From Sedimentisphaerales bacterium (GTDB lineage: Bacteria > Planctomycetota > Phycisphaerae > Sedimentisphaerales > SM23-30), in the NCBI GenBank assembly GCA_963663965.2, contig CAXXFK010000030.1, positions 128,001 to 192,000 on the forward strand: a stretch of DNA of 64,000 nt, in the 5' to 3' direction. Below the pieces are notes generated by a model. That model saw nothing but the letters and a program-made list of their open reading frames with translations. It was not told the origin of the DNA and did no database searches. The position numbers were made by a program, and so were the translations under genes. Of this stretch, positions 48,410 through 59,806 are shown piece after piece (positions within the stretch are counted from its first letter, which is position 1; every line of letters starts with the position of its first letter).

Positions 48410-51052
48410 TTAACGGTTTTCCAATTCTTTTTTGATTTCATGCAGGAGGTTGATTGCCTGCATGGGGGTCAGATTGTTCAGGTCGACGGTTCTGAGTTTG
48501 TCCAGAATGGGATCGGGCGGGCTCAGATCGAAGAGCAGCATCTGGCCGTCTTCGTTGCGGTGTTTTTCGAGTTTGCCGCCGATGCGCCGGGTGTGGGCTT
48601 CACGGGAGAAGTTACTTTCCAGTTCGTCGAGGATTTCGTTGGCGCGCCGGATGACCTCGCGCGGGATACCGGCCAGGCGGGCGACGTGGATGCCGTAGCT
48701 TTTGTCGGTGCGGCCTTCGATGATTTTGTGCAGAAAGACGACTTCATCTTTCCATTCCCGCACGGAGACGTTGTAGTTTTTGACGTTATCGAGCAGGTCG
48801 GCCAGTTCGGTGATTTCGTGGTAATGGGTGGCGAACAGGGTGCGGCAGCGGATGCGGGTGGCGATGTGTTCGGTGATGGCCCAGGCCAGCGAGAGGCCGT
48901 CGTAGGTGCTGGTACCGCGGCCGACCTCATCCAGAATCACGAGCGAGCGGTCGGTGGCGTTGTTGACAATATTGGCGGTTTCGATCATTTCGACCATGAA
49001 GGTGGACTGGCCGCGGGTCAGTTCGTCACTGGCGCCCACCCGGGTGAAGATGCGGTCCACCAGGCCGATATGAGCACTCCTGGCGGGGATATAGCTGCCC
49101 ATGTGGGCCATGAGCGCCAGGAGCGCGGTCTGGCGGATATAGGTGCTTTTGCCGGCCATGTTGGGGCCGGTGATCACAGCGAGATCGCCGGAGGTCCGGC
49201 CCAGCGCGACATCGTTGGGAACAAACTGACTGCCCAGGCTGACATCCAGAACGGGATGGCGGCCTTCGCGGATATCCATATCGCGTTCGTGATGGATTTC
49301 GGGCCGGCAGTAATTGCGATGGCGGGCGATATGGGCCAGTCCGGCCAGGACGTCAACGGTGGCGACGGCTTCGGCGACCTGCTGGAGGCGGAGGGTATGG
49401 CCGGCCGCTTCGCGCCGGACTTCATTGAAAAGCTGTTCTTCCAGATCTTTGCAACGTTGTTCGGCGGTGAGGGCTTCGCTTTCGTAGCGTTTGAGTTCGT
49501 CGGTGATGTAGCGTTCGGCGTTTTTGAGGGTTTGTTTGCGGACGAAGCCGGGCGGGAGTTTTTCGCTGTGCAGATGGGAGACTTCGACATAGTAGCCAAA
49601 CACACGGTTGAAGCCCACCTTGAGCATGTTGATGCCGGTCTCTTCAATGAGTTTTTTCTGATAGGAGGCCAACCAGGCCTGGCCATCCTGTGACAGGTTG
49701 CGCAGGCGATCGATTTCGGCGTGATAGCCGGTGCGGATAATGCCGCCATCACGGATCGACAGTCCGGCTTCGGGCGAGATGGCCGAATCGATCAGTTGGG
49801 TCAGTTTTTCCATGGGGTCGCAACGCTCGGTTAATTGCGTCAGCATGGGGGAGGCGCATTCTTTGAGGATGTCGCGGAGGCGGGGAATCTGCGAGAGCGC
49901 CTGATGCAGTCCGAGCAGGTCGCGCGGGACGGCGCGGCCGGTGCTGATCCGGGTGGCGATGCGTTCGATATCGGTGATCTCTTTCAGGGCGTCGCGCAAC
50001 TGGTCACGCAGGGCGTCCATCTGCACCAGTTCGGCGACGGCATCCTGACGTTTCTGGATGGGTTCCAACTGGCAGAGAGGATAGCACACCCACAGGCGGA
50101 GCTTGCGCGCGCCCATGGAGGTGCGGGTCTGATCCAGCGCGCCCAGCAGGGAGCCGTGGATGGAGCCATCGCGGATGGTGCGTTCGACTTCGAGGCTGCG
50201 CAGGGTGGCCTGATCGAGCTGAAGGAAGGTTTCGCGGCCGACTTTGCGGAGGGTTCCGATATGGTCCAGGGCGACTTTTTGAGTTTCGGTGAGGTAGTCT
50301 AAAATGACACCGGCAGCCGCCAGGGAGAGGTCGGGTTTGGTGAAACCGAATCCTTCGAGGCTGGCAACGCCGAAATGTTTTTTCAGGGTTTCGTGGCCCT
50401 GGTGGGTGTCGAAGCCCCAGCCGGGGCGGTGGGTCAGCACACAACCGGCGAGATCTCGTATTTCGTGCGTGAATTTGCGCTGGTCCGCGTCCAGGTCATC
50501 GCTGACCAGGCATTCGGCCGGCCGGACGCGGGCCAGTTCATCGAGGACAAAACGGCGTTCCATGACCTGGGCATAAAACGCGCCGGTGGATAATTCGATC
50601 CAGGCCAGTCCGGCGGGAGCGTTCAGATCGGTTTTGTTGCCGAGGCAGAGCGCGGCCAGGTAGTTGCCTTTGGATTCTTCCAGCAGTGAATCTTCGGTGA
50701 GAGTACCGGGGGTGATCAGACGCACCACATCGCGTTTGACGATGCCTTTGGCCTGGGCGGGGTCTTCCACCTGTTCGCAGATCGCGACTTTATGGCCGGC
50801 GCGCACCAGTTTGCCCAGATAGTTATCGAGCGCGTGGTAGGGGATACCGGCCAGCGGGATGGGATTGTCGCTTTTGCTGTTGCGGCTGGTGAGCGCGATG
50901 CCCAGCACCCGGGCGCAGACCTGGGCGTCGTCGTAGAAGGTTTCGTAGAAATCGCCCATGCGAAATAACAGGACCGCCTCGGGATACTGCGACTTGAAGT
51001 GCATGTACTGCCGCATGGCGGGAGTCAGGTTTTGCGTGTCGATGTCTGTCAT
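48410..51052 (-). CDS. mutS: DNA mismatch repair protein MutS
   Basis: LFRMGDFYE, TGPNMAGKST and DEVGRGTST. Confidence 0.97.
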   Translation of the reverse strand: MTDIDTQNLTPAMRQYMHFKSQYPEAVLLFRMGDFYETFYDDAQVCARVLGIALTSRNSKSDNPIPLAGIPYHALDNYLGKLVRAGHKVAICEQVEDPAQAKGIVKRDVVRLITPGTLTEDSLLEESKGNYLAALCLGNKTDLNAPAGLAWIELSTGAFYAQVMERRFVLDELARVRPAECLVSDDLDADQRKFTHEIRDLAGCVLTHRPGWGFDTHQGHETLKKHFGVASLEGFGFTKPDLSLAAAGVILDYLTETQKVALDHIGTLRKVGRETFLQLDQATLRSLEVERTIRDGSIHGSLLGALDQTRTSMGARKLRLWVCYPLCQLEPIQKRQDAVAELVQMDALRDQLRDALKEITDIERIATRISTGRAVPRDLLGLHQALSQIPRLRDILKECASPMLTQLTERCDPMEKLTQLIDSAISPEAGLSIRDGGIIRTGYHAEIDRLRNLSQDGQAWLASYQKKLIEETGINMLKVGFNRVFGYYVEVSHLHSEKLPPGFVRKQTLKNAERYITDELKRYESEALTAEQRCKDLEEQLFNEVRREAAGHTLRLQQVAEAVATVDVLAGLAHIARHRNYCRPEIHHERDMDIREGRHPVLDVSLGSQFVPNDVALGRTSGDLAVITGPNMAGKSTYIRQTALLALMAHMGSYIPARSAHIGLVDRIFTRVGASDELTRGQSTFMVEMIETANIVNNATDRSLVILDEVGRGTSTYDGLSLAWAITEHIATRIRCRTLFATHYHEITELADLLDNVKNYNVSVREWKDEVVFLHKIIEGRTDKSYGIHVARLAGIPREVIRRANEILDELESNFSREAHTRRIGGKLEKHRNEDGQMLLFDLSPPDPILDKLRTVDLNNLTPMQAINLLHEIKKELENR

Positions 51053-51127
51053 ATTGATCGCGTGAATTCAGGTTATTTATTGACGAAAGCCCTAGTGTCC
51101 CGGATATGGCGCGGGATGTCAAGGGTA

Positions 51128-52267
51128 TCAACCGCCCAGGGTGCCGAGCATTTTATAGAGGATAATAATGGCGGTATAGGCATCGCGGGCTTCCAGGGCG
51201 GCGGTCAGGATATTCTGCTGGCGCTCAGTAAAGACCAGGGGGGCGGCCGGATCAAAGTGGTCGAAGCCCAGACGGGTTCGGATGGTCTTTTTCAAAGTGT
51301 CGATACCGGCGGTGGTATGAACCGAGAGCGCCAGGTGACGGAAGTCATTTTTTGATGGATCGATTAAATCCGATTTGGTGACCAGTTGGATTACGGGTTT
51401 ATCCTGGGGGATCCATTGTAATTGATAATCGAAGGTGGATTCATCATAGTCGTTGGCCGGCGCCATGAGCAAGATCAATTGGGCCTGCTGTAATTGCTGA
51501 CCGGCATGGCGGAGCGCCTGGGTTTCCAGGTCATCGCCGGTTTCACGCCGACCGGCGGTATCGACCAGAATGGCCGGTATGCCTTCGATATCTGCGTGAT
51601 GTTCGGTCCAGTCGCGGGTAGTGCCGGCCAGGTCGGAAACCAGGCTTTGCGGCCGGCCGCAGAGGTAATTGGCCAGAGTACTTTTGCCGGCGTTGGGCGG
51701 ACCGGCTAATGCGATCCGGGGAGGGGTCAGCAGGCGATGGCCCAAGGGCCGGGTGGTCAGGACCTTTCTGATCTGATCGTGGAGTTGCTCTATGGTCCAG
51801 CTGTCATTTTGAATGTGTTCGATGGCTTGCGAGCACCAGCGGGTGAGGCCATCGGGATATTGCGCGGCCAGCGCCAGGGCGGCCAGGGCCGTACGGGTTT
51901 CGGGCAGGTGGCGCTGGATCTCCTGTTCGATGGTCTTGCCTTCGATCAGGTCGCGCCAGTGGCAGATTTCGGCTTCGTGGCGTTGCAGCAGCATAAAGAC
52001 GCGCTGAACGATGCGGGTTCCGCCGTGGCAATTGATATCCACCCAGGGGCCGGAGGGATTATGCGCGATTACGACCTGATCGATATGGTCCGGGCCGTCG
52101 TGTATGATTCCGAACCGAAGCCGGTTGTCTTGAATAGTGTTGGCGTCCAGGGGGTGGCGGGTTTGAAAGACACGGTTGATCAGGCCGGGCAGGTTGTCAC
52201 CGGTGACCCTTACGACGGCGATCCCGCCCGTTCCCGCAGGGGTAATAAGCGCCGCACGCCGTTTCAC
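51128..52267 (-). CDS. MnmE/TrmE-like GTPase (short form)
   Basis: GGIAVVRVTG, NCHGG, GPPNAGKS, GTTRD, DTAG and TKSD. Confidence 0.8.
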   Translation of the reverse strand: MKRRAALITPAGTGGIAVVRVTGDNLPGLINRVFQTRHPLDANTIQDNRLRFGIIHDGPDHIDQVVIAHNPSGPWVDINCHGGTRIVQRVFMLLQRHEAEICHWRDLIEGKTIEQEIQRHLPETRTALAALALAAQYPDGLTRWCSQAIEHIQNDSWTIEQLHDQIRKVLTTRPLGHRLLTPPRIALAGPPNAGKSTLANYLCGRPQSLVSDLAGTTRDWTEHHADIEGIPAILVDTAGRRETGDDLETQALRHAGQQLQQAQLILLMAPANDYDESTFDYQLQWIPQDKPVIQLVTKSDLIDPSKNDFRHLALSVHTTAGIDTLKKTIRTRLGFDHFDPAAPLVFTERQQNILTAALEARDAYTAIIILYKMLGTLGG

Positions 52268-52269
52268 GA

Positions 52270-54145
<1,876 letters not shown>

Positions 54146-54174
54146 TTATTTCGTTCGTGTGAAACCAGGAAAGA

Positions 54175-54411
54175 TCAGGCCTGGACACTCACCTTTCGGC
54201 CCTGGAAAATAACCCGGCCATCGGTCATGGCATAGATGGTGAAATCACGGCCCATACCGACGTTTTTGCCGGGATGGAATTTGGTGCCGCATTGACGCAC
54301 GATGATCGAGCCGGTTGTGACGGCCTGGCCGCCGTAAGCTTTAACGCCGCGATACTGCGGATTACTGTCGCGTCCGTTACGAGAAGAACCTTGTCCTTTT
54401 TTATGTGCCAT
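54175..54411 (-). CDS. rpmA: 50S ribosomal protein L27
   Basis: [16 protein letters not shown]. Confidence 0.97.
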   Translation of the reverse strand: MAHKKGQGSSRNGRDSNPQYRGVKAYGGQAVTTGSIIVRQCGTKFHPGKNVGMGRDFTIYAMTDGRVIFQGRKVSVQA

Positions 54412-54461
54412 AGCTGAATCCTGATAGTCTTATGTTATTTAATTTCTTGTTAATACTAAGG

Positions 54462-55097
54462 TTAACGCATGATCCATTCCCGGTCGCGATACAACAAGAC
54501 CCGCTTGTCGGGATTGAAGCGGTCGCCGGGGATCTGGTATTGTAGCATTAAAGTGCGGTGAAGCAAGAACTTTTTGGATTTTCCGATAGAATTGATGGTG
54601 ATTTCTTCGGATTCGTTGCTGAGTCCGGCAAAGAAGATTTTGAGACTGGTGGCTTCGGGATCGAAATCTTCGAAGATGATCACGGAATCACGGGCGTTGT
54701 CCTGTCCCTGGAGCAGTTTTCCGGAGACGAAATCACGCGGTTCCATCAGGGGGATGGTGTTATTATAGCGGTCCCGGATGGCTTCAAAGACCTCGCGTCG
54801 GTTTTTGACGCCGGTTTCGTAGAGTTTGAAGGTATTGGTAAAGGCTTCGACCCGGGGATAGAAATCGATATCTTCGCCGGTATTGTTGGTGACGGTATAG
54901 GTCAGGTACCAGAAGCGTCTGGGTTGATCTTCGCCGGCGAGTTTAACCATGATTGGCTGAGGAGCGCTGTGGAACTGGACATCCACCAGCCATTCGCCCG
55001 GGGCGAGGATCAAAGAGGGTTCTGGAACGGCCATCGCGGCTGAAACCAGCAACGCCATCACACCGGCAACCAATGGGAGATTTCTGTGAAAAATCAT
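54462..55097 (-). CDS. Hypothetical exported protein
   Basis: Signal peptide and WYLTYTVTNNTG Ig-like strand pattern. Confidence 0.7.
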   Translation of the reverse strand: MIFHRNLPLVAGVMALLVSAAMAVPEPSLILAPGEWLVDVQFHSAPQPIMVKLAGEDQPRRFWYLTYTVTNNTGEDIDFYPRVEAFTNTFKLYETGVKNRREVFEAIRDRYNNTIPLMEPRDFVSGKLLQGQDNARDSVIIFEDFDPEATSLKIFFAGLSNESEEITINSIGKSKKFLLHRTLMLQYQIPGDRFNPDKRVLLYRDREWIMR

Positions 55098-55416
55098 CTT
55101 AAGTTCCTGTGATTGAGTTAGTTAATGACAAAAAGGCTTGCACTGGGACATATGAGTATATCTCAATTTGTGCTTTCTGTCAATCTATAAGATCGGCAAA
55201 ACCAGGATAGGATTTTATATGGGGGATTGGAATTTGGGTCGGTGATCCACTTCGGACAGGGAATGCGGGGTCAAAGCTGTTTATGATTATTTCTGATACT
55301 GCGAATTGTGTAAGTGAATATGGCGATCAATATAATACGGGAATTTAGTAAATAAACTAATGCAAACAAAGGGTTTGGTATGTAAAATGATGTGGCTCAT
55401 AATTACTGGAGGCGTT

Positions 55417-55842
55417 ATGTCAACACTGGAAAAAGCTATTGAAATTGCGGCGTCAGCTCATCAGGGCCAGAAACAAAAGGATGGGATGCCTTATATTATT
55501 CATCCATTGACAGTCATGATGAAGGTGGAGACGCTTGAGGAAAAGATAGTGGCGGTATTGCACGATGTGATCGAGGATACCGAAGTGACCCTGGCCGATC
55601 TGCAAGAGGCGGGATTTGCTGATGAGGTTCTGGCGGGGGTTGAACTGATGACCCGGACAGAGGGTCAGGATTATGAGGAGTATATTGAAGCGATCAGCCG
55701 GAACGCGATTGCCCGCAAGGTGAAACTGGCGGATATGCGGAATAATATCGATTTATTGCGGATTCCGGTTGTGAAGGATAAGGATCTGGAACGGTGCCGG
55801 AAATATCATCGCTCTATACGGTATCTGGAGGAAATTGACTAG
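55417..55842 (+). CDS. Small HD-domain protein of the RelA/SpoT hydrolase-like family
   Basis: AH.GQ..KDG.PYI.HP, AVLHDVIEDT and VKLAD..N. GGAGG RBS. Confidence 0.85.
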   Translation: MSTLEKAIEIAASAHQGQKQKDGMPYIIHPLTVMMKVETLEEKIVAVLHDVIEDTEVTLADLQEAGFADEVLAGVELMTRTEGQDYEEYIEAISRNAIARKVKLADMRNNIDLLRIPVVKDKDLERCRKYHRSIRYLEEID

Positions 55843-56567
55843 TGCGGGTCTATGTATGCAGTGATTTGCATGTGGAGTTTCATCCTGACGGTGGAGCAGA
55901 ACTTATAGGCTGCCGGTTACCCGAGGCTGACCTGATCCTGGTCGCGGGGGATCTGGCGAACGCCCGGTTGTTGCCGGAGGCATTGAAATTGCTGGCCAGG
56001 CGCTATCCCCAAGTGGTTTATGTTGCCGGGAACCATGAGTATTATGGATCGAACCGGGAAGAGGTCGCCTTGTTGCGGGAAGGTCTGCCGGGCAATATCG
56101 CCTGGCTGGAGAACGAGGTTATCGAGCTGAATGGTCTGTGTATCGCGGGTTGTACAATGTGGTTTGGACCGCAACCCCTGGAAGCCCGGTGCCTGGTAAA
56201 CGATTTTTACCGGATCGGTGGTCTGGGAGACTGGTATGTCGAGGCCAATCGTCGTTCGCTGGAATTTCTGGATCAGGTTGTGACGTCAAATACGATGGTG
56301 ATGACCCATCACGCGCCGAGTATTCAGAGTGTGGATCCGCTTTATCGCCATAAGCAGAGCACCGGTTTTTTTGTCTGCCCGGAGGCGGAGATGCTCATTG
56401 CCCGCTGTCAGCCGCCACTCTGGATTCACGGTCATACGCATCGGAGCGCCGACTATATGATCGGGGGTACGCGGATTTACTGTAATCCATATGGGTATCA
56501 TCACCGTGAGATGAATTCTCTGTTCCAATGGCAGGAAGGGGTGTTTGACTGGCAGGAATTAATATAA
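55842..56567 (+). CDS. Calcineurin-like metallophosphoesterase
   Basis: SDLH, AGD, GNHE, THHAP, HGHTH and NPYGY. Confidence 0.9.
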   Translation: MRVYVCSDLHVEFHPDGGAELIGCRLPEADLILVAGDLANARLLPEALKLLARRYPQVVYVAGNHEYYGSNREEVALLREGLPGNIAWLENEVIELNGLCIAGCTMWFGPQPLEARCLVNDFYRIGGLGDWYVEANRRSLEFLDQVVTSNTMVMTHHAPSIQSVDPLYRHKQSTGFFVCPEAEMLIARCQPPLWIHGHTHRSADYMIGGTRIYCNPYGYHHREMNSLFQWQEGVFDWQELI

Positions 56568-56677
56568 TATTTCGATGAAATGGGGTTGTAATATAAAACA
56601 ATTTATGGTATATCTAAGTTTTGAGTTGATAATCAAGTTAATAATCGAGGCGAAATAAAATATATCAGGGGATATTC

Positions 56678-58369
56678 ATGCGATCGGAAGCCTTACCCAC
56701 CCAGACTGAGATGATTGCCTATCTGGATCGTTATGTTCGAGGCCAGAAAACCACCAAGCAGGCTATTGCAACGGCTATTTATGAACACTACCTGGGCCAT
56801 GCCCTGAGCGAATCGGAGTCCGGCGGTTGTCGCGATTTCGGTCCTCAGCACATATTGGTTATCGGACCAACAGGCAGCGGAAAAACATATCTGATCCGCA
56901 AGTTGTCCGAGTATCTGAATGTGCCGATCGTTTTTGCCAGCGCCGCCAGTATGTCGGGAACCGGCTATGTGGGGTCCAAGCCGCAAACGTTTGTCCAGCG
57001 GCTGCTGCATATGCGCGGGATGGATCCCCGGGAGGCGGAGAAAGGGATCATTTTTCTGGATGAATTCGATAAAGTGCGTAAAGTGTCGGGCGAGTGGCGG
57101 GATGTGTCGGGTGAGGATGTTCAGAACAGTCTTTTGACGTTTCTGGATGGCGGGAAAACGCCCATTCCCACCGACCGGGAGGAGCGGGAGTTTGTGACGG
57201 TGGATGTCTCGAAAATACTGTTTATCTGTTCGGGTGCGTTTGTCGGTCTGACCGATATCGTCAGGCAGCGGTGCAACATCGCGGAACCGTTTGGATTCAA
57301 CCAGGATTCGGGGGCTGAAGGCAACGCTTCGGCGACGGATGATGAGATTCTGGCCAGGGTTGAGGATCAGGATGTGATTGATTTTGGATTCATTCCCGAG
57401 CTGATCGGCCGGTTTGGCGCAATAACCCGGTTACATCATCTGTCTGAAGAGGACCTGATTGCGATTCTGACCACGACGGAAGGTTCGATACTTCGCAAAC
57501 GCCAGGCGTTATTTGGGGTGCACGGCATCGAGCTGACCTATACGCCGGCCGCGTTGACGGCGATCGCCCGGAAGTCCATTGGCATGAATATCGGCGCGCG
57601 CGGGCTGAACCAGATCGTCTTGAAGTCGACTGACGCGGTGGAATGGCGTTTGCATGAATTGTATCAAGAGGGGGTGAGGCGGATCGAGATCGATGCGGAT
57701 GTGATCGACGGGACGGGCGAACCGCGTTTGTCAAACGACACCAGTGATCCGTCGGTCAGGCTGGAGCCAGTGGCGAACGAATTACGCGCCCGGGCGCTGG
57801 GCAAAGCGATACCCGCCGAGAAGTATATCGCGACGGATAAAGGTTTTATTACCAATACGTCCGGTTGGAGCAGGGCCAAGCTGTCTGAGGAACTGGAGAA
57901 GATAAAAGAAGAGCATCTGGACTGGCCCAATACGACGGGCAGCGCGAAAAAATGGTGGGAGGCGTTTGAAAAAGAAAACCAGCACCGGTTAGAACTGATC
58001 TATCGTCTGGCGGAGGAATTGCGGAACCGCAAGGCCACGATAACGGAATTCTTCCTGGCGTATGTCTATTCCAATACGGACAATATTCAGGGTAATTTGT
58101 ATTATCTGGATTATACCCGGCTGAAAAAGGAAGAAGAGCGGAAGAGGAAAGAGGCCTTAAACAATAAGCAGCGTTTTCATACCGGCGAAACGGTGCCTGG
58201 GGGGGAGGCCGGCAGTTATTGCTTTGGCGGTTATTGCGACAGCGATCAGGCGGTCGATCCGGGAGATGAAGAGCAGGGGATTACGCTTGATGAGGGTGAC
58301 GAGTTTCCTGCGAGTTCGTCCGGATTGGATTGCTGGTGGGAGAAGGTGGCTGATGATGTCCCATTTTAG
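56678..58369 (+). CDS. ClpX-like AAA+ ATPase lacking the N-terminal zinc domain, with extra C-terminal domains
   Basis: LDRYVRGQ, GPTGSGKT, GYVG, IFLDEFDK, DVSGEDVQ, PFGF, FIPELIGR and GARGL. Confidence 0.85.
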   Translation: MRSEALPTQTEMIAYLDRYVRGQKTTKQAIATAIYEHYLGHALSESESGGCRDFGPQHILVIGPTGSGKTYLIRKLSEYLNVPIVFASAASMSGTGYVGSKPQTFVQRLLHMRGMDPREAEKGIIFLDEFDKVRKVSGEWRDVSGEDVQNSLLTFLDGGKTPIPTDREEREFVTVDVSKILFICSGAFVGLTDIVRQRCNIAEPFGFNQDSGAEGNASATDDEILARVEDQDVIDFGFIPELIGRFGAITRLHHLSEEDLIAILTTTEGSILRKRQALFGVHGIELTYTPAALTAIARKSIGMNIGARGLNQIVLKSTDAVEWRLHELYQEGVRRIEIDADVIDGTGEPRLSNDTSDPSVRLEPVANELRARALGKAIPAEKYIATDKGFITNTSGWSRAKLSEELEKIKEEHLDWPNTTGSAKKWWEAFEKENQHRLELIYRLAEELRNRKATITEFFLAYVYSNTDNIQGNLYYLDYTRLKKEEERKRKEALNNKQRFHTGETVPGGEAGSYCFGGYCDSDQAVDPGDEEQGITLDEGDEFPASSSGLDCWWEKVADDVPF

Positions 58370-58569
58370 CGCCCCTAAAAAATGAGTTTTCTACTACGAC
58401 CGGCTGCCAAAGTCGCCCGCTGCGTTCTCGGGGCCCAACATCCTCGACACCCCATAGAAAAGTTGCCTGCGGGAGTTTGATCCCTGCGGCCCTCCTGAGG
58501 CGGATCTTCGACCTTGCTGACTCCATTTTCGCCCGGTCTCACTACAGAAATCATTTTGTCAGGCACTCT
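58368..58569. mobile_element. MITE-like element with imperfect ~37-bp terminal inverted repeats
   Basis: Left agcgcccctaaaaaatgagttttctactacgaccgg versus reverse complement of the right end agagtgcctgacaaaatgatttctgtagtgagaccgg. Confidence 0.55.
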
Positions 58570-58787
58570 TAGAAAAAAAATGATGACTTATGCTGTCAGA
58601 AGCATTAAACTGCCTTAAGTGCCTGATCCGGCAATGCCGGTTTCCGAAAAGGGCACAGATGCCATTGGCTCACTATAAGATAAGGTGGCCATTTTGCGAA
58701 AAAGTTTTTTTGTAAGAGATTGGCAAGACAGGGTTTTTCAACGACTTGTCAGGTCCTCTTAGAAAAATTCAATACAGGAGTATTCCT

Positions 58788-59579
58788 ATGACCGATTCCT
58801 ATATTTATCCCGATGCCTCCGACGCAATTACATTGAAGATGATAGATACCCATGAGCCCAGGCCCGGTTACTGGGCGCAAAGCGAATCTGTTATCATAGA
58901 CAAATTAAGAGACTATTGTAATCAGCATATGGGTGACAGGCGGGATTTGACGTTGCTGGACATCGGCGGGGGCATGGGTCGTTTGTCGGTGGTATTGCAG
59001 GATCTGTTTTCTCGAATCGTTTTGCTGGAGCCGGATATTACCCGATTGCAGCAAGCCGAAGCGGAGATCGCGTCAAAGGGGTTGGGGGAGAAATTTGAGT
59101 TTGTGAATTTACTGGCGGAAAATTATCATCCTGGGATTCAATTCGATGTTATCTTGAACAGTCATGTTCTTCAACATATTCCGGTTGATTGTAGTTCGAA
59201 GCTGCTGGACACCATGTGTCAGTTGCTGAAGCCGGGCGGAGTGGGAGCGGTATTAACGACACATGCCAAATGCACCTATTTTGTTCGTCAGTCGATAATC
59301 GATAACCAGGTCATCGAGCAACCGATCGAGCAGGCGTTGTTCGATTCGCTGTGTTATCACACGAAAGATGAATTACCCATACGCTTTTTTGGCCAGGATG
59401 ACCTGCTTGCCCTGTTGTCGCGGCATGGATTTAACGTTTCAACGTTTTGGGTTTATCATTGTCTGGAAAATTTTGGCGACGCGGAAACTTATATAGCAAG
59501 AGACGAGCTGGTTAATGCCATTCCAGTTTTGCAGACGAATCTGGGGCGTGACTGTTTTGCGATCGTAACAAAAGCCTAG
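58788..59579 (+). CDS. Class I SAM-dependent methyltransferase
   Basis: LLDIGGGMGR, FDVILNSHVLQH and LLKPGG. AGGAG RBS. Confidence 0.88.
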   Translation: MTDSYIYPDASDAITLKMIDTHEPRPGYWAQSESVIIDKLRDYCNQHMGDRRDLTLLDIGGGMGRLSVVLQDLFSRIVLLEPDITRLQQAEAEIASKGLGEKFEFVNLLAENYHPGIQFDVILNSHVLQHIPVDCSSKLLDTMCQLLKPGGVGAVLTTHAKCTYFVRQSIIDNQVIEQPIEQALFDSLCYHTKDELPIRFFGQDDLLALLSRHGFNVSTFWVYHCLENFGDAETYIARDELVNAIPVLQTNLGRDCFAIVTKA

Positions 59580-59806
59580 AGGGTGGTTTGGTTCAATGAT
59601 CATATTGAATGACGTTCGAAATGATTAAGGGGTGTCGCTGACGATGGTTGGCGGGCATCGTGAGTATGGTTTCGGGTGTGGCCCGTCGCCCGGCCAGTAG
59701 CCGGTTCGGGCGCAAGGAAATGATTCCGGAGGGTTTCTGTTGCTCGTTGGTGTTGATTGTTCCGAAGTTTAAGGTTTTGTCTCAAGTTCATTAAGGAGTT
59801 GGCTCA

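Noticed and set aside
48440..49693. 417-aa plus-strand ORF
   Set aside because: Antisense shadow of mutS.
54411..54462. Absence of rplU upstream of rpmA as a novelty
   Set aside because: rplU-rpmA linkage is not universal, and the rest of the genome cannot be seen from this window.
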